Assembly: GCA_964016885.1 (NCBI GenBank)
Contig: CAXHJY010000079.1
Coordinates: forward strand, 62,001 to 126,000
From: Eledone cirrhosa
Lineage: Eukaryota
Direction: 5' to 3'
Length of the DNA: 64,000 nt
Shown here: positions 41,809-54,399 of the stretch, piece after piece
Position numbering within the stretch: position 1 is the first letter of the stretch
Layout: every line of letters starts with the position of its first letter
Notes under the pieces: generated by a model
What the model was told of the DNA's origin: nothing
The model's input: only the letters and a program-made list of their open reading frames with translations
The model's database searches: none
Program-made: the position numbers and the translations under genes

Positions 41809-42814
41809 CACATAACTCCAAACCAACTCTGCTGGCATATGTGAGTTGTACCAGTAATTCCAGTAATTCAAATGGTGAACCTTGTCATACACAGTACCAT
41901 CCTGAATCTCCCTGAGAACTACATTAAAGGTAGGGTGCAAGTGTTTGTGTAATAATCAACCACTTCCACATTAATTTCACAAGCAGGCAGTTCCATTGTT
42001 TTAACAACTGGAACAACAGATCATCAGAAACAACAGAGATACAAACACCTCCAGCTACAGAATCTCCATGATTATATAATTGTTTCTACTTTTGGCACAA
42101 GGCCAGCAATTACCCAGTACATTACTGGTACTTTATTTTATCAACCCCGTAAGGATGAAAGGCAAAGTTAACCTCAGCAGGATTTGAACTTGGAATGGCA
42201 AGTGCTTATAACTCAATGATTAAATAATAAGAAATGAAACCAACGAAATGTAGTTGATCAACCAGATAGAGGAGAATGAGGGGAAGGAGCAGGGAAGAGT
42301 TGGTAGCTTAAATAAACTTCAATGGTGGGAGGAAGAGGAGGGAAGAGTTGGTGGATTAAATCAACTCCAGTGGGAGGAGGAGGAAGAGGAAGAAAGGGGA
42401 GGTAAGTGTTGGTGGATTAAATCAACTCCAGTGGGAGGAAGAGGAAGAAAGGGGAGGTAAGTGTTGGTGGATTAAATCAACTCCAGTGGTGGGAGGAGGA
42501 AGAAAGAGGAAGCAGATTAAATCATCTTTAATACTCGAGTTGTTCTCTATTCTATTAATCCCTGAAAGATGAAAAGCAAAGTTGACCTCAACTAAATTTG
42601 AACTCAGAACCTACAGATCTGGGTTAAATATTGCAGGACATTTTTATCTAACACTCAGCTATTTCTGCTACAACTACAACAACTACAACAACTATAGCAA
42701 CAACAACAACAGCAATATTCTCAATCAACCTTTGTTAGAGTAAAGCTATATCACTCAGAGCGAGGGGGAGCAGATCAATCATTTGAGAATCCAATAGATC
42801 AGATACGATAAGTT

Positions 42815-43160
42815 ACAACTACCACCATTACTACTACTACCACTACTACAACCACCATTACTACTGCTACTACTACCACCACCACCACCACCACTACCAC
42901 CACCACCACCACCACCATTACTACCACTACTACCACCATTACTACTGCTACTACCACCACCATTACTACCACTACTACCACCACTACTACCACCATTACC
43001 ACTACCATTACTACCACTACTACCACCACCACCACCACTACTACCACTATTACCACCACCACCACTACCACTACTACCACCACTACCACTACTACCATTA
43101 CTACCACCACCACCACCACTATCACCACCACCACCACCACCACCACCAATACTACCACAT
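42815..43160. repeat. (ACC/ACT)n microsatellite
   Basis: Trinucleotide runs. Confidence 0.9.
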
Positions 43161-43557
43161 ACATGGCTACATTGTACACCACTACATCACAGTCTGCTGT
43201 TTTATTGAGTTTAAGCATGTCGAAGTCTCTTTAATGTCCAACCAGAATCAACTTTCTGTGATATGTCCAGGGGATTTCATGTTGATTATAACAGAGAAAT
43301 ACCAGATGGAATGGATTGGTAGATGGTAGCTTTTGATTTCTTTTGGATTTATTGCAGTGCCGTAGCAACTCACCAGAGAGTTGAGGCCTTGTAATGAGGA
43401 GCAAACAGATTTTATGGATAATTGGGTCTGAACATGTATTTTGTATTTATCTCAGTTACATAGGAGATAACGAAAGCTTACAATAGTGTTGTAGTAGAGT
43501 TCTGATGTTTTCTTAATACATCTAGCTGTTTTGGCAAGTAATTAAAAAAAACAACAA

Positions 43558-43609
<52 letters not shown>

Positions 43610-43612
<3 letters not shown>

Positions 43613-43800
43613 TAACACAACAGTTAGTTCACCATACCAAGCACAATTGTTTCACCTTATGCCTCGGATCTTCAGCAAGGTGAAACAATTGTTCTCGGAA
43701 TGGTGAACTAACTGTTGTGTTACTACTTCTTTCTACCAAACTCGTCCCATGGACTGAGTGCTCTACCACTACGGATATTACCTTTCAGTGTTCTACCTTT
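43610..43800. mobile_element. Penelope-like fold-back fragment with partial hammerhead core
   Basis: 49-bp inverted arms 43610-43658 / 43677-43725; minus strand CTGAAGA-tccgaggcataaggt-GAAA-caattg; flanked by (TA)n. Confidence 0.6.
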
Positions 43801-43816
43801 ATATATATATATATAG

Positions 43817-43972
43817 ACACACTAGAAGAGGAAGACCAAGGTTAACGTATGTTGATGCCCTAAGGACAGACACTGGTCTGTTGGAGACGCAGGACATGGC
43901 AGCCATAATGAGGGACAGAGACCGCTGGAGAGAACTCGTCCATGGATCTCGGGAATTTTATCCGCCCTAGAA
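43817..43972 (+). mobile_element. RTE-clade LINE extreme 3' fragment (second family)
   Basis: HTRRGRPRLTYVDALRTDTG...MAAIMRDRDRWRELV: GRP...DRxxWR C-terminal signature; flanked by (TA)n. Confidence 0.7.
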
Positions 43973-44047
43973 TATATATATATATATATATAAGAGAGTG
44001 TTCAGGTTTTCTTGAAGCATTGTGGAATAAGAAAAATGGTCAGTTAG

Positions 44048-44887
44048 GAAGCCTCTACAATGCAGATGGGTAAATATTCAGGTAACGAAATCCAGAAGTA
44101 AAAGGAAGATGAAATAAACGTAAATATAGGCAAAAGGTGTAAGGAGAAAAGAGGAAAAGGAAGAGGAAGAATGCCAGAGACTGTGTACCTTAAAAGATTT
44201 ATTAGTCCCTCGTATTTAGTATTAGCATCCATGAACGGGGTGGTTTTCCGAAGGGAAAATATAAACGTCGTTGAACGTTGTTGGTTGCTGATAGTATGAT
44301 TCTGTTTAAAATAAGGAGCATGTCAGCACCAGAACCTCGTCCTTCCGGAAGCACATCGACAAGTACAGAAACAAGGACGAGACACTCACTGTCACAGTGC
44401 TAACAACATAGCGTAACATTGGCACTTTAAGGGTGAAGGAAACCCTCTGGATAAATCGATTAGAACCTCCAATAAACAGCAGATATGAGAGAGAGGCACT
44501 ATGGTTGATATTGGCTAAGACAGCAGCAATGATTTAGAATAACCTTCCGTTTACCCCACGCATGCGCAGGTCCAATGAATAACCCGTCAAAATAAAAATA
44601 AAAAAAATTAAACAACGTACATCGACGCATACGCAAGTCCAGCGAACAACTTTCAATTTTAAACAGAATCATACAACCAGCAACGTTCAACGACGTTTAT
44701 ATTTTCCTTTCGGAAAACCACCCCGTTGGTGGATGCGAAACCGAAATATAGGGACTAATAAATCTTGTAGGGTACACAGATTCTGGCATTCTTCCTCATT
44801 TCTCCTTTCGCATTTTAGGTATATTTACGTTTATTTTATTTTCCTTCTATTGCCAGAAGATTTACCCATTTGCATTGTAGAGGCTTC
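44048..44887 (+). mobile_element. 5'-truncated Penelope-like retroelement with inverted pseudo-LTRs
   Basis: Inverted arms ~44048-44312 / 44656-44887 enclose a GIY-YIG endonuclease remnant; lies between (TA)n tracts. Confidence 0.75.
44313..44537 (+). pseudogene. Penelope-type GIY-YIG endonuclease C-terminal remnant
   Basis: KEHVSTRTSSFRKHIDKY...VTVLTT*RNIGTLRVKETLWINRLEPPINSRYE matches the KEH..S...H...E.L.I....P.IN pattern; one in-frame stop. Confidence 0.7.
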
Positions 44888-44893
44888 GAAACT

Positions 44894-44950
<57 letters not shown>

Positions 44951-45722
44951 TAACAGATTAAAGTTTAAGCAAAGAGTCGCTGCTTTCACCCTTAACGGGA
45001 TCCTCGCTTTTATTATTATTACTATATATATATATATACATATATATATATAGTAATAATAATAAATGTGAAGACCTATATATATATATATATAGGTGCA
45101 AGCATGGTACTATGGTTAAGGAGTTCCCACTACAACATTTATTTAGGAACAATATATATATATTGTAGTACAAACTTGGTATAAATATCCAAGGTCTTAG
45201 AACACTCAGTCCATGGGATGAGTTATAAACAGTTACAGTGGAGTACGTAGATACTTAAGTTTCACTGGGTTCAACACTGTTTCAGATAAATTACCTTTTC
45301 TTCTTATTTAGAAGTGGCGCTAATTAACTCAAACTAGTTCCCACTATATGCAAATGATCTCTCCAGCTAATGTTTTATTTGCACCATATGCAAATGAATG
45401 TCTCCAGTCGATGTTTGTTAATTCAAATGTTTATCATGTGTTTATTAGTGGACAGATCATTATGAAAATTTGCACTATTTAGAGTAAATACAGGATGTTA
45501 CGTGTTTTAAAAAAATGTGACGTTTTTTGTTGGTAGGATGATAGCGGAGTAAAATTGTTTGGTGCAAATCTTAATCCCTTGGTTGAAGAATTAAGGATTC
45601 TAGTCTGTGTATTCCATATATGGCTTTACAGCTGTCACTGGTGTCACATAGAATCATGTGATGATTGTACTGTAAATTACAGCATTACATACAATGTCTA
45701 GAACTAGAAGGGTTGGCACACG

Positions 45723-45754
<32 letters not shown>

Positions 45755-46392
45755 CACAACACATACAGACACTCACACAGCACATATACACATACAGACA
45801 CTCGCACAAAATAACACAGACACACAGCACAACACACACAATACACACAACACACACAACACACACATTAATTTGACAGGCTGGGTGAATTGACAGATAT
45901 TTGTGGGTGGAGATCAAATTACTGAAAATTTAGAAATACAGAAGAGGGTCTAAAGCCAGATATCCCCCCACCCCGGGGTTATTTCCCAGCCCCTATGAGT
46001 TGGTTGTTATTCCCTTTGTTTTTGTTGTTTTTAATTCTTTATTTTTTTTGTGTTATTTTTGACTTCATTACATTTGGTTCTCTTCTCTTTATTTGGGTCT
46101 AAATGTTGGCCCAAAAGCCAGAAACCACCACAGGTAAAGATAATTCCAGTGTACTCAATTCCTGAACTGATGTTTTCTTCTGTGAAATTGGAAGGAGTGC
46201 CTCTGGTATGAGGCGGGAGCTGCCTGAAGTGGAATGGATGATGTAGCAGGTGTTACTGGCTGTTCTTCATGGCAATGTTTTAGCATCTTGTCAGCTAGGG
46301 ATGTGTGTGTATGTGTGTGACAGCTCACACCTAGGCAGGTTTAGCTGTCTTCCTCTAAGGTATATCTCGCTGGAGGTGTCTTGGGTGATTTA

Positions 46393-46540
46393 ATGATAGG
46401 GACCCCTGTCCTATCATCTCATTTCTACAGCTGAGTAAACTGGAGCAATGTGAAATAAAGTGTCTTGCTCAAGGAAACAACACGACTCGGTCCGAGAATT
46501 GAACTCACAACCTTTCGATTGCTCTAACCAGTAAGCCATG
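46393..46540 (-). mobile_element. tRNA-headed CORE-like SINE fragment
   Basis: Minus strand catggcttactggttagagc..gagttcaattc..ccttgagcaagacactttatttcacattgctccagtttactcagctg. Confidence 0.7.
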
Positions 46541-46939
46541 CTAGGGATGGAGCTGAGGTATATCCCGCTGCTGGTCAAGCTGGGTGGTATAAAGTTAAAC
46601 CAGGCACCACTGTAGGAGTGTGAGACTGAGAATAAACATGCCAGACACTGCTGGTCAAGCTGGGGCACTAGCCTGTCCAAGATCATGTTGGACTAGATGG
46701 CATCCTATTTGGTTTGGGGGAACTGAATGTCTATGAGGAGAGAGAGAGTGGGGATAGACATCGTCAGGGCGGAGGCCCAGCTAGTTCCAAGTCACATAAG
46801 CTGTCTCTCATATTCCCGTGTTGTGGAGAACCTTGTTTCATTGTCTCTTTTCTCACTTCCTGTTTATTATTTTAATCTCTTTACTTAAATACTTTCATGT
46901 TGGTGTATATTTTAGCAAGACAAATTGGGTAAGACTAGG

Positions 46940-47235
46940 GTGGTGGGGTGGTAGTGCTGGTGGTGGTGGTGCTGGTGGTGCAATACAATCAACAGTATGT
47001 AGAACTAAGGTGGTGGTGGTAGTGTTGTTGTTGTTGGTGGTGGTAGTAGTGCTGGTGGTGGTGTTGGGTGGTGGTGGTGCAATACAATCAACAGTATGTA
47101 GAACTAAGGTGGTGGTGGTAGTGTTGTTGTTGTTGGTGGTGGTAGTGGTGGTGGTAGTGCTGGTGGTGGTGTTGGGTGGTGGTGGTGCAATACAATCAAC
47201 AGTATGTAGAACTAAGGGTGGCAGTGGTGGTGGTT
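46940..47235. repeat. Three ~100-bp tandem units mixing (GGT)n with gcaatacaatcaacagtatgtagaactaagg
   Basis: Unique ~31-bp core repeated three times. Confidence 0.85.
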
Positions 47236-47413
47236 GTGAAATCAAAAGGTTTGTTGATGTCTATGTTGAGTGTTCCTTCTGTGAGGCTGATGATGTTGCT
47301 CTATGCTAAAGGTTACAAAACAATTTAGATGAAAAGTACAAAAGCCAGCTTTGGGGTCAGAAGGGAAATGTGATAGCTTATTGAGAATCTTGTGAATAAT
47401 TTGAAAGGAGCTT

Positions 47414-47451
<38 letters not shown>

Positions 47452-49428
47452 GTAGTAGTGGGGATAGTAGCAGTAATAGTGGTGATGGTAGTTGCAGTAG
47501 TAGTAGTAATAGTAGAAGTATTGGCAGTTGTAGTAGTAGTATAAATAATATTAGTAGTTGTAGTGGTGGTAGGTGTAATAGTAGTAGTAGTAGTAGTTGT
47601 TGAGATTGTGGTGGTATTAGTTGTTATAGTAGTAGTAGTAGTTGTTGAAATGGTGGTGGTATTAGTTGTTATAGTAGTAGTAGTTGTTGAAATGGTGGTG
47701 GTAGTAGTTGTTGTTATGGTGGTAGTAGTTGTTATAGTAGCATTAGTAGTAGTAGTTGCTTAGCCCCAGAGCAGCCCTGACAGAACTGCCCTATTAACTA
47801 AGGCGTTCCAGTCAGTTTTTCAGACACTCTGTGTATCCGGAACTAAATTATCCGGTGTCATTTCCGCCATTTTTCTTTCTCCTCAGACTTACCAACATCT
47901 CTAGAAATGTATCCTTCCTATTCTTCAAATGGCCTGGTATAATTTGCTGACAGGGATCTGCATTTCATTTACATACAGTCTCACATTCTATCAAGCGAAC
48001 AGAAGAGGTTGACAAAAGTGTCCCCCTAAACCCTTCGTTTGGTAAACTTTTTAACACTGAATGCCCTTTCTATCACCAGCAATTTTATAGCAAGTACTGG
48101 GTGCATTTATCATGTACATCACTACCACTAGGGAGGTTGTCAAATCCTTGATATGACTGAAGGGTCCCCCTAACACTTTGTTTGGAAACAAAACATATTA
48201 ACTCATAAAAAAGAATGATAGTTTAGAGATCTCAGATATAAAATGACTGCTCCCCACTTCAAAATATATCTAAGACATCTTTACTTTCACTACATCCTCT
48301 CTATATCCTTGTTTTACTCCCTCCTCCCTCTGACATCAGATATAAATACCAATTTATGAAGCAGACAGAACAACAGGTTTAAACAAAACAGGATATGAAT
48401 GATGTAATCAACAGGCAAATATATGACAACAAGTGAAACTACAGATGGATGAGCCCCAAAATAACAACTCAAATAGATCTGAATGCAGCATAGAAAAAAA
48501 AAAAACAAGAGGTAGCTATGTACAAGGCATGCAAGGACTGAACAAAAGTGAATTGACAAATGAGAAATAATATACAGATAAAGAACTCAGAAGATGATTG
48601 GTGGAACATAGAGAAACCAACGAATTGTGACATGTAATGACAACCATATAGATCGATAAAACAACATTAAAATCAGCCAATAAAAACGATAGATACAAAC
48701 GAATGAGCTAGCTCCAATATATATAAAACCAGCTTAAATATCAAAAGACAGTTTTGCCTGAGAATCATATTAACATGAAAGTCATATTCAAGAAGTGAGT
48801 TTAAATAAACAATGGATTCAGTATTGTCTTCCCTTTTTATTGAGAAACTTTCACATTTCTATGTGTTTATTTAGATTTTGTGGCTGAGGCAGTAATTGGT
48901 TGAGTAATTAAATTATTATTAATTAATTAATAATAAGAAGGAAGTGAACTGCATGTGTTTTTTATTGGTAAAATGATCCTCACAGTGAGTTAGAAATATG
49001 TGGTTTAAAACAACATGTTACATCAAGATACAGAGAAAAAAGAGCCACATAGACACATGCACATAGCCTCACACATATGTATTTAGGTATTCATTTACAT
49101 ATACACACACAAATACATACATACTAACATACATAAACACATACATAAATACATACGTACATATGTACAATCATGCATGTGTGTGTATGTATATATATAT
49201 AATGAAGGAATTGTGATAAGGAACCAGATGGACCATAACACACCAGAGTACTCAATACTTAGGGTAGTAGAGTGGGAAATAGGAAAAAGTATGACCCCGT
49301 GGGAAATAGGAAAAAGTATGACCCCATCGAAATGGCTTTAGCTCTGCCGTCGGGGTCATACTTTTTCCTATATATATATATATATTTGTTTTGCAAGGTT
49401 TTCGATATGAAATCGTGTGTCGAAACAA

Positions 49429-49921
49429 ATATTGTTATACTTGGGGAGGGTCATATTGTTATAATAATATTGCCAGAAATAATAACAGAACACACTCACT
49501 GTTTGGTTGGTTTTCGTTTCTGTATCTTTTATATCTCCATAATTAATTCATTTGGCCATCATTGTTTATCATTGATTGACAACGGTTAAAAATACAGATA
49601 TAAATACATAGTTCTTTCATTGTACATCTGCAACATCATCAGTGGTACTATTATCATGTTTCCCCTGCTGTATTATATGTATTGTAATGTCTACGTCATG
49701 ATGTTGCAGATGGACAACGAAAGAACTTTGTTAGACTATATATATATATGTATTTATATCTGTATTTTTAACCGCTGGTCAATCAATGATAAACAATGAT
49801 GGCCAAATGAATTAACTATGGAGATATAAAAGATACAGAAGCGAAAACCAACCAAACAGTGAGTGTGTTCTGTTGTTATTTCTGGCAATATTATTACAAC
49901 AATATGACCCTCCCCAAGTAT

Positions 49922-49929
<8 letters not shown>
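49429..49929. repeat. ~500-bp fold-back element
   Basis: Arms 49429-49639 / 49698-49929 are near-complementary; end motif atattgttatacttggggagggtcatattg recurs at ~17495-17535 and ~50630. Confidence 0.85.
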
Positions 49930-49960
<31 letters not shown>

Positions 49961-50270
49961 TAAGTAGGATCGAAGTCACTGTTGCAGAATATATATAAAC
50001 TTTATTGGCATATTACATTTGAATCGAGTGCTTGGAATGGCGAACTGCCTGTAACTGTAGTTACACACTTACCTAATGTATATATACATACATATATATA
50101 TATATATACATATCACTTTCAACGCTTGACCGCTCCTGTCACTCCCCTATTGTTCTACAGGCAAGTTCAGCCACCCCTACCTCCCACCAAATGCCATGAT
50201 AAAACTTATTTGTGTTTACAACAAATTTTAACCAATCCTCTTGACAACTACAATCTTCCCATATAAGGAA

Positions 50271-50379
50271 GTACCCCTTTGAAAAGTTCGGCTATTTATT
50301 CACCAGTCTAAAAATTCTAATTTAGTCCAGAAATAGCTGTCGAAACGGCTTGAGCTCTGCCGTCGGGGTCATACTTTTT

Positions 50380-50383
<4 letters not shown>
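50271..50383 (+). ncRNA. Degenerate type I hammerhead ribozyme motif
   Basis: acccc-t-TTGAAAA (mutated CTGANGA)-cggctattt...aaatagctg-tc-GAAA-cggc...gccg-TC-ggggt: all three helices and a GTC cleavage triplet are present, core decayed. Confidence 0.5.
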
Positions 50384-50438
<55 letters not shown>

Positions 50439-50463
50439 TAATTACATAATAAACAACACAATA

Positions 50464-50545
50464 TAATTATTCCATTACCAAAGGTTTCAAGAAACTAGAC
50501 AATCTTTACAGAAACGGCCAGCCCATTCATCAAATGAAATAGTTA
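50464..50545 (-). ncRNA. Degenerate type I hammerhead motif (relative of 57128-57202)
   Basis: Minus strand tatttcat-TTGATGA-...-GAAA-cc-ttt-gg-TA-atggaata; stem I and stem III intact, C3 changed to T, stem II degraded. Confidence 0.55.
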
Positions 50546-50576
<31 letters not shown>

Positions 50577-51007
50577 GCTTCATTTTGTATTTATTTTGCA
50601 ATATTCTTGATGTGAAATCGTGTTGAAACAAATATTGTTATACATTGATAGGGTCATTTTGCCAATAAAAACACATGCATGTTTCTTTCAGCAAAGACTT
50701 TTCCTCTCACCAAAAACTGGGGGCATTTTCTTGGCACCAGGTCTAGACAGTTTGTCATTTATTGTCTCCCCTGAAGAGCTCTCTCACTGTTTTGTGTGGC
50801 AGGGAGGAGGAGGAGGAGGCCAATATACAATGGGTGTATAGCAAGTGTTGTGGGATTTTACAGTATGAATTGTTAGTGCAGGGGACAGGGGTTAGGGAGA
50901 GGGACCAGTTCACATTTGGTAGGCTAGTTGCCAATTCTCACAGTCCTATGTTATCTTAATTGTGAAGCCGATAACAGATTATATACCTATCAATCGGGGC
51001 AACTTTA

Positions 51008-51077
<70 letters not shown>

Positions 51078-51080
51078 GGA

Positions 51081-51144
<64 letters not shown>

Positions 51145-51414
51145 CATACACATACACACACATATGGATGTGTGCATATATATATATATATACACACACA
51201 TGAGTATATGCATATACATATATATGAACATACATAAATCTGTGCTTAAATACATATATATACATCTATACATACACCCCCCCCCCCCCCACACACACAC
51301 AAGGTGATCTCAAGTCAAGATGTCAACGGTGACATACGAGTGTTCAGTGAGCCTGAAACTACAATTTAAGGATTTTGTGTGCAATATCCCCCCTTCTCTC
51401 TCTATCTCTCTCTC

Positions 51415-51499
<85 letters not shown>

Positions 51500-51648
51500 A
51501 ATGTTTTAACGCATGCATAATTCTAACTGAATTCTATGCATGTATGTATGTATATATATATGTATGTATGTATGTATATGTATGTATGTATGTATATATA
51601 TATGTATGTATATGTGTATGTGTATATGTATGTGTCTATGTATGTATG

Positions 51649-51684
<36 letters not shown>

Positions 51685-51889
51685 CACAGAATGGCAGCAA
51701 TAGATTTAAAGAGAGGGAGTAAGTGTGTATGAGTTTGTGTATGTTGGTGTATGTATGTGTGTTGGTGTGTGTATGTGTGTGTGTGTTGGTGGTGGTGGTG
51801 GTGGTGGTGTGAGAGATGAAATATGAGAAATATGACATGTGGTGGGATGTTATGTCAAGCATGCAGTAGACCAGCGCGTGATGTGTTAC

Positions 51890-52105
51890 ACTGCCATGTG
51901 TGTGTGTATCTGTGTATGTGTGTATGTTTATGTGTTGCTGTACCATGTGTGTATGTGTCTGTGTGTATGTGTTGCTGTACCATGTGTGTGTGTGTCTGTG
52001 TGTATGTGTTGCTGTACCATGTGTGTATGAGTCTGTATGTGTGTATGTGTTGCTGTACCATGTGTGTATGAGTCTGTATGTGTGTATGTGTTGCTGTACC
52101 ATGTG
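51890..52105. repeat. 32-36-bp minisatellite
   Basis: Unit tgtgttgctgtaccatgtgtgtatgagtctgtatgtg. Confidence 0.85.
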
Positions 52106-52585
52106 AGTGTCTATGTATGTGTATATGTGTTTGCGTATGGGTATGTTTGTATGTTTATGTGTGCATTTGTGTATGTTTGTGTCTGTTTGTGTGTGTGTGT
52201 GTGTTTGTATTTGTGTGACTGTATGTTTGTGTGTGTATTTGTGTATGTTTGTGTATAAGAAAGTATCATCATCATCATCATCATCTTCGTTTAATGTCCA
52301 CTTTCCACGCTAGCATGGGTTAGACGTAAACTTATGTATGTGAGTGTTTTGAGATTTTGAATGTGATTAGAGGAAGCAGACTTGTGTATATGGTTCTATT
52401 CTATATAAGTGTTGTGGGTATGAGTGTATACATATATATATATATATATATACTTAGGTTAATAAGAGTTAGGTATTGTATATATATATATATATATATA
52501 TATTCATATATATATACTTACATATATCTGTACATACATACATGCATATATACATTAAATATGTATAATATATATATATATATCC

Positions 52586-52616
<31 letters not shown>

Positions 52617-52770
52617 CCTATATATATATATATATATATATTTATCCTATATGTATATATATATATATATATCCTATATATATATATATATATATATCCT
52701 ATATATATATATATATATATATCCTATATATATATATATATATCCTATATATATATATATATATATATAT

Positions 52771-52885
<115 letters not shown>

Positions 52886-53387
52886 ATATATATAAATATA
52901 TATATTATTATATATAAAGAATCCATATGTGTATCACAGCAATAATAATAATAATAATAACACTAATAACAACAACAACAACAACAATAATAATGATGAG
53001 ATCCCTATGCTTTGTTTGGCTTTTCACGAAGATGTTGGGAATAATAAGAAACTGCTGCTGAATGTCTTGACAGATGTATTGGAAGAGTTCCAGGAAAAAT
53101 GGTGAAAACACTGCCAGGAAGATCTGTCACAGTTTCTGTTGCAAGAATCTATGTTTTTGATTCTTTGTCCTGGAGAAGTTGAAGAGATTTGTCACAGAAT
53201 TGCAGACAGCAGGAATGAATGTCTTGACAATGGATCAGTTCTACTTTATATCTATGTTATGATGATGGTGGTGGTGATGGTGATGGTGATGGTGAGGGTG
53301 ATGGTGATGGTGATGGTGAGGGTGATGGTGGTGATGATGGTGATGGTGATGGTGATGATATGAAGAATGGATAGGCAGGAGAAGAAT

Positions 53388-53435
<48 letters not shown>

Positions 53436-54084
53436 CATAAAAAGAATGAGAAAGGAAGGAAGCTGAGGGAAGAAGGAGGAGAAGGAGAAGAAGAAGAAGT
53501 GGAGAAATAAAATGTTTGGGATGGAACTTAGTAGAATTTTAAAGAATTCTTAAAAATAATAAAAATTGGAAAAAGAAACCTTAGATTGACATTATTAAAA
53601 TATAATGGGAGAGAAATTTTAAACTTCTTAAAACTTGAATTAAAATTGGAGTTGAATGACAAATGTCTGAATTAAAGATGGAAGGCCTTGAGATTGGTTC
53701 TTCTGGAATAATCCAAGAATAGGAGACTGAATAATTCCTGATCTCAGCCTAAGGCTAAGCTTTGAATTCTAAATTGGTGCCTAAAAGGATATATATTATC
53801 TCGGTGAAAGTGTTAAGTGCCATTGGTGTAAAATTAATAAAGAAATTTTACCAAAAGAGTGCATGTGTGCAAAATTTTAGCTAAAGAAATGTATAAAAGA
53901 AGACATGACTAAGTCTGGTCAATATGTAAAACATAGGAATATCATATGTCTGATAAGTGGTACCTGTATATCCCAGAACATTTCCTTGATGTCAGAAACA
54001 AACCAAAGATACTCTGACATAAAAGGACATCAAATTTGAACACAACAGACCTGATATTTTAGTCTAAGTCTAAAGACTGTCTTA

Positions 54085-54345
54085 AGCCAAAAAGCTCATT
54101 TGGCTGGTGCTTATCCCATTTTTATGGGGTGAAGTGACAGAGTATAAGACTTCCCCCTGGACAGGATGCCAGTCCATTACAGGGTTAAACTTCCAGCTAT
54201 TGCTGGTACTCATTTTCAACTGAGTATACTGGAGCAATGTGAAATTAAGTGTTTTGCTCAAGAACACAACACACAACTCAGTCCAGGAATCAAACCCACA
54301 ACATTATGATTGTAAGTCCAACACCCTTACCCCTAGGCGACACAC
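54085..54345 (-). mobile_element. tRNA-derived SINE (CORE-like centre, different 3' part)
   Basis: Minus strand ggtaagggtgttggac..gggtttgattcc..ttcttgagcaaaacacttaatttcacattgctccagtatactcag..tggactggcatcctgtccaggggg. Confidence 0.65.
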
Positions 54346-54399
54346 ATATTGTAGTAATGCAGAGAAAAGAATGTCAGATTATTGATATCATCATCTTAG

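Noticed and set aside
43200-43530. Unique-looking stretch that might be a coding relic (also 22750-23100, 53000-53830)
   Set aside because: Stops in the plausible frames and no motif I can assign with confidence.
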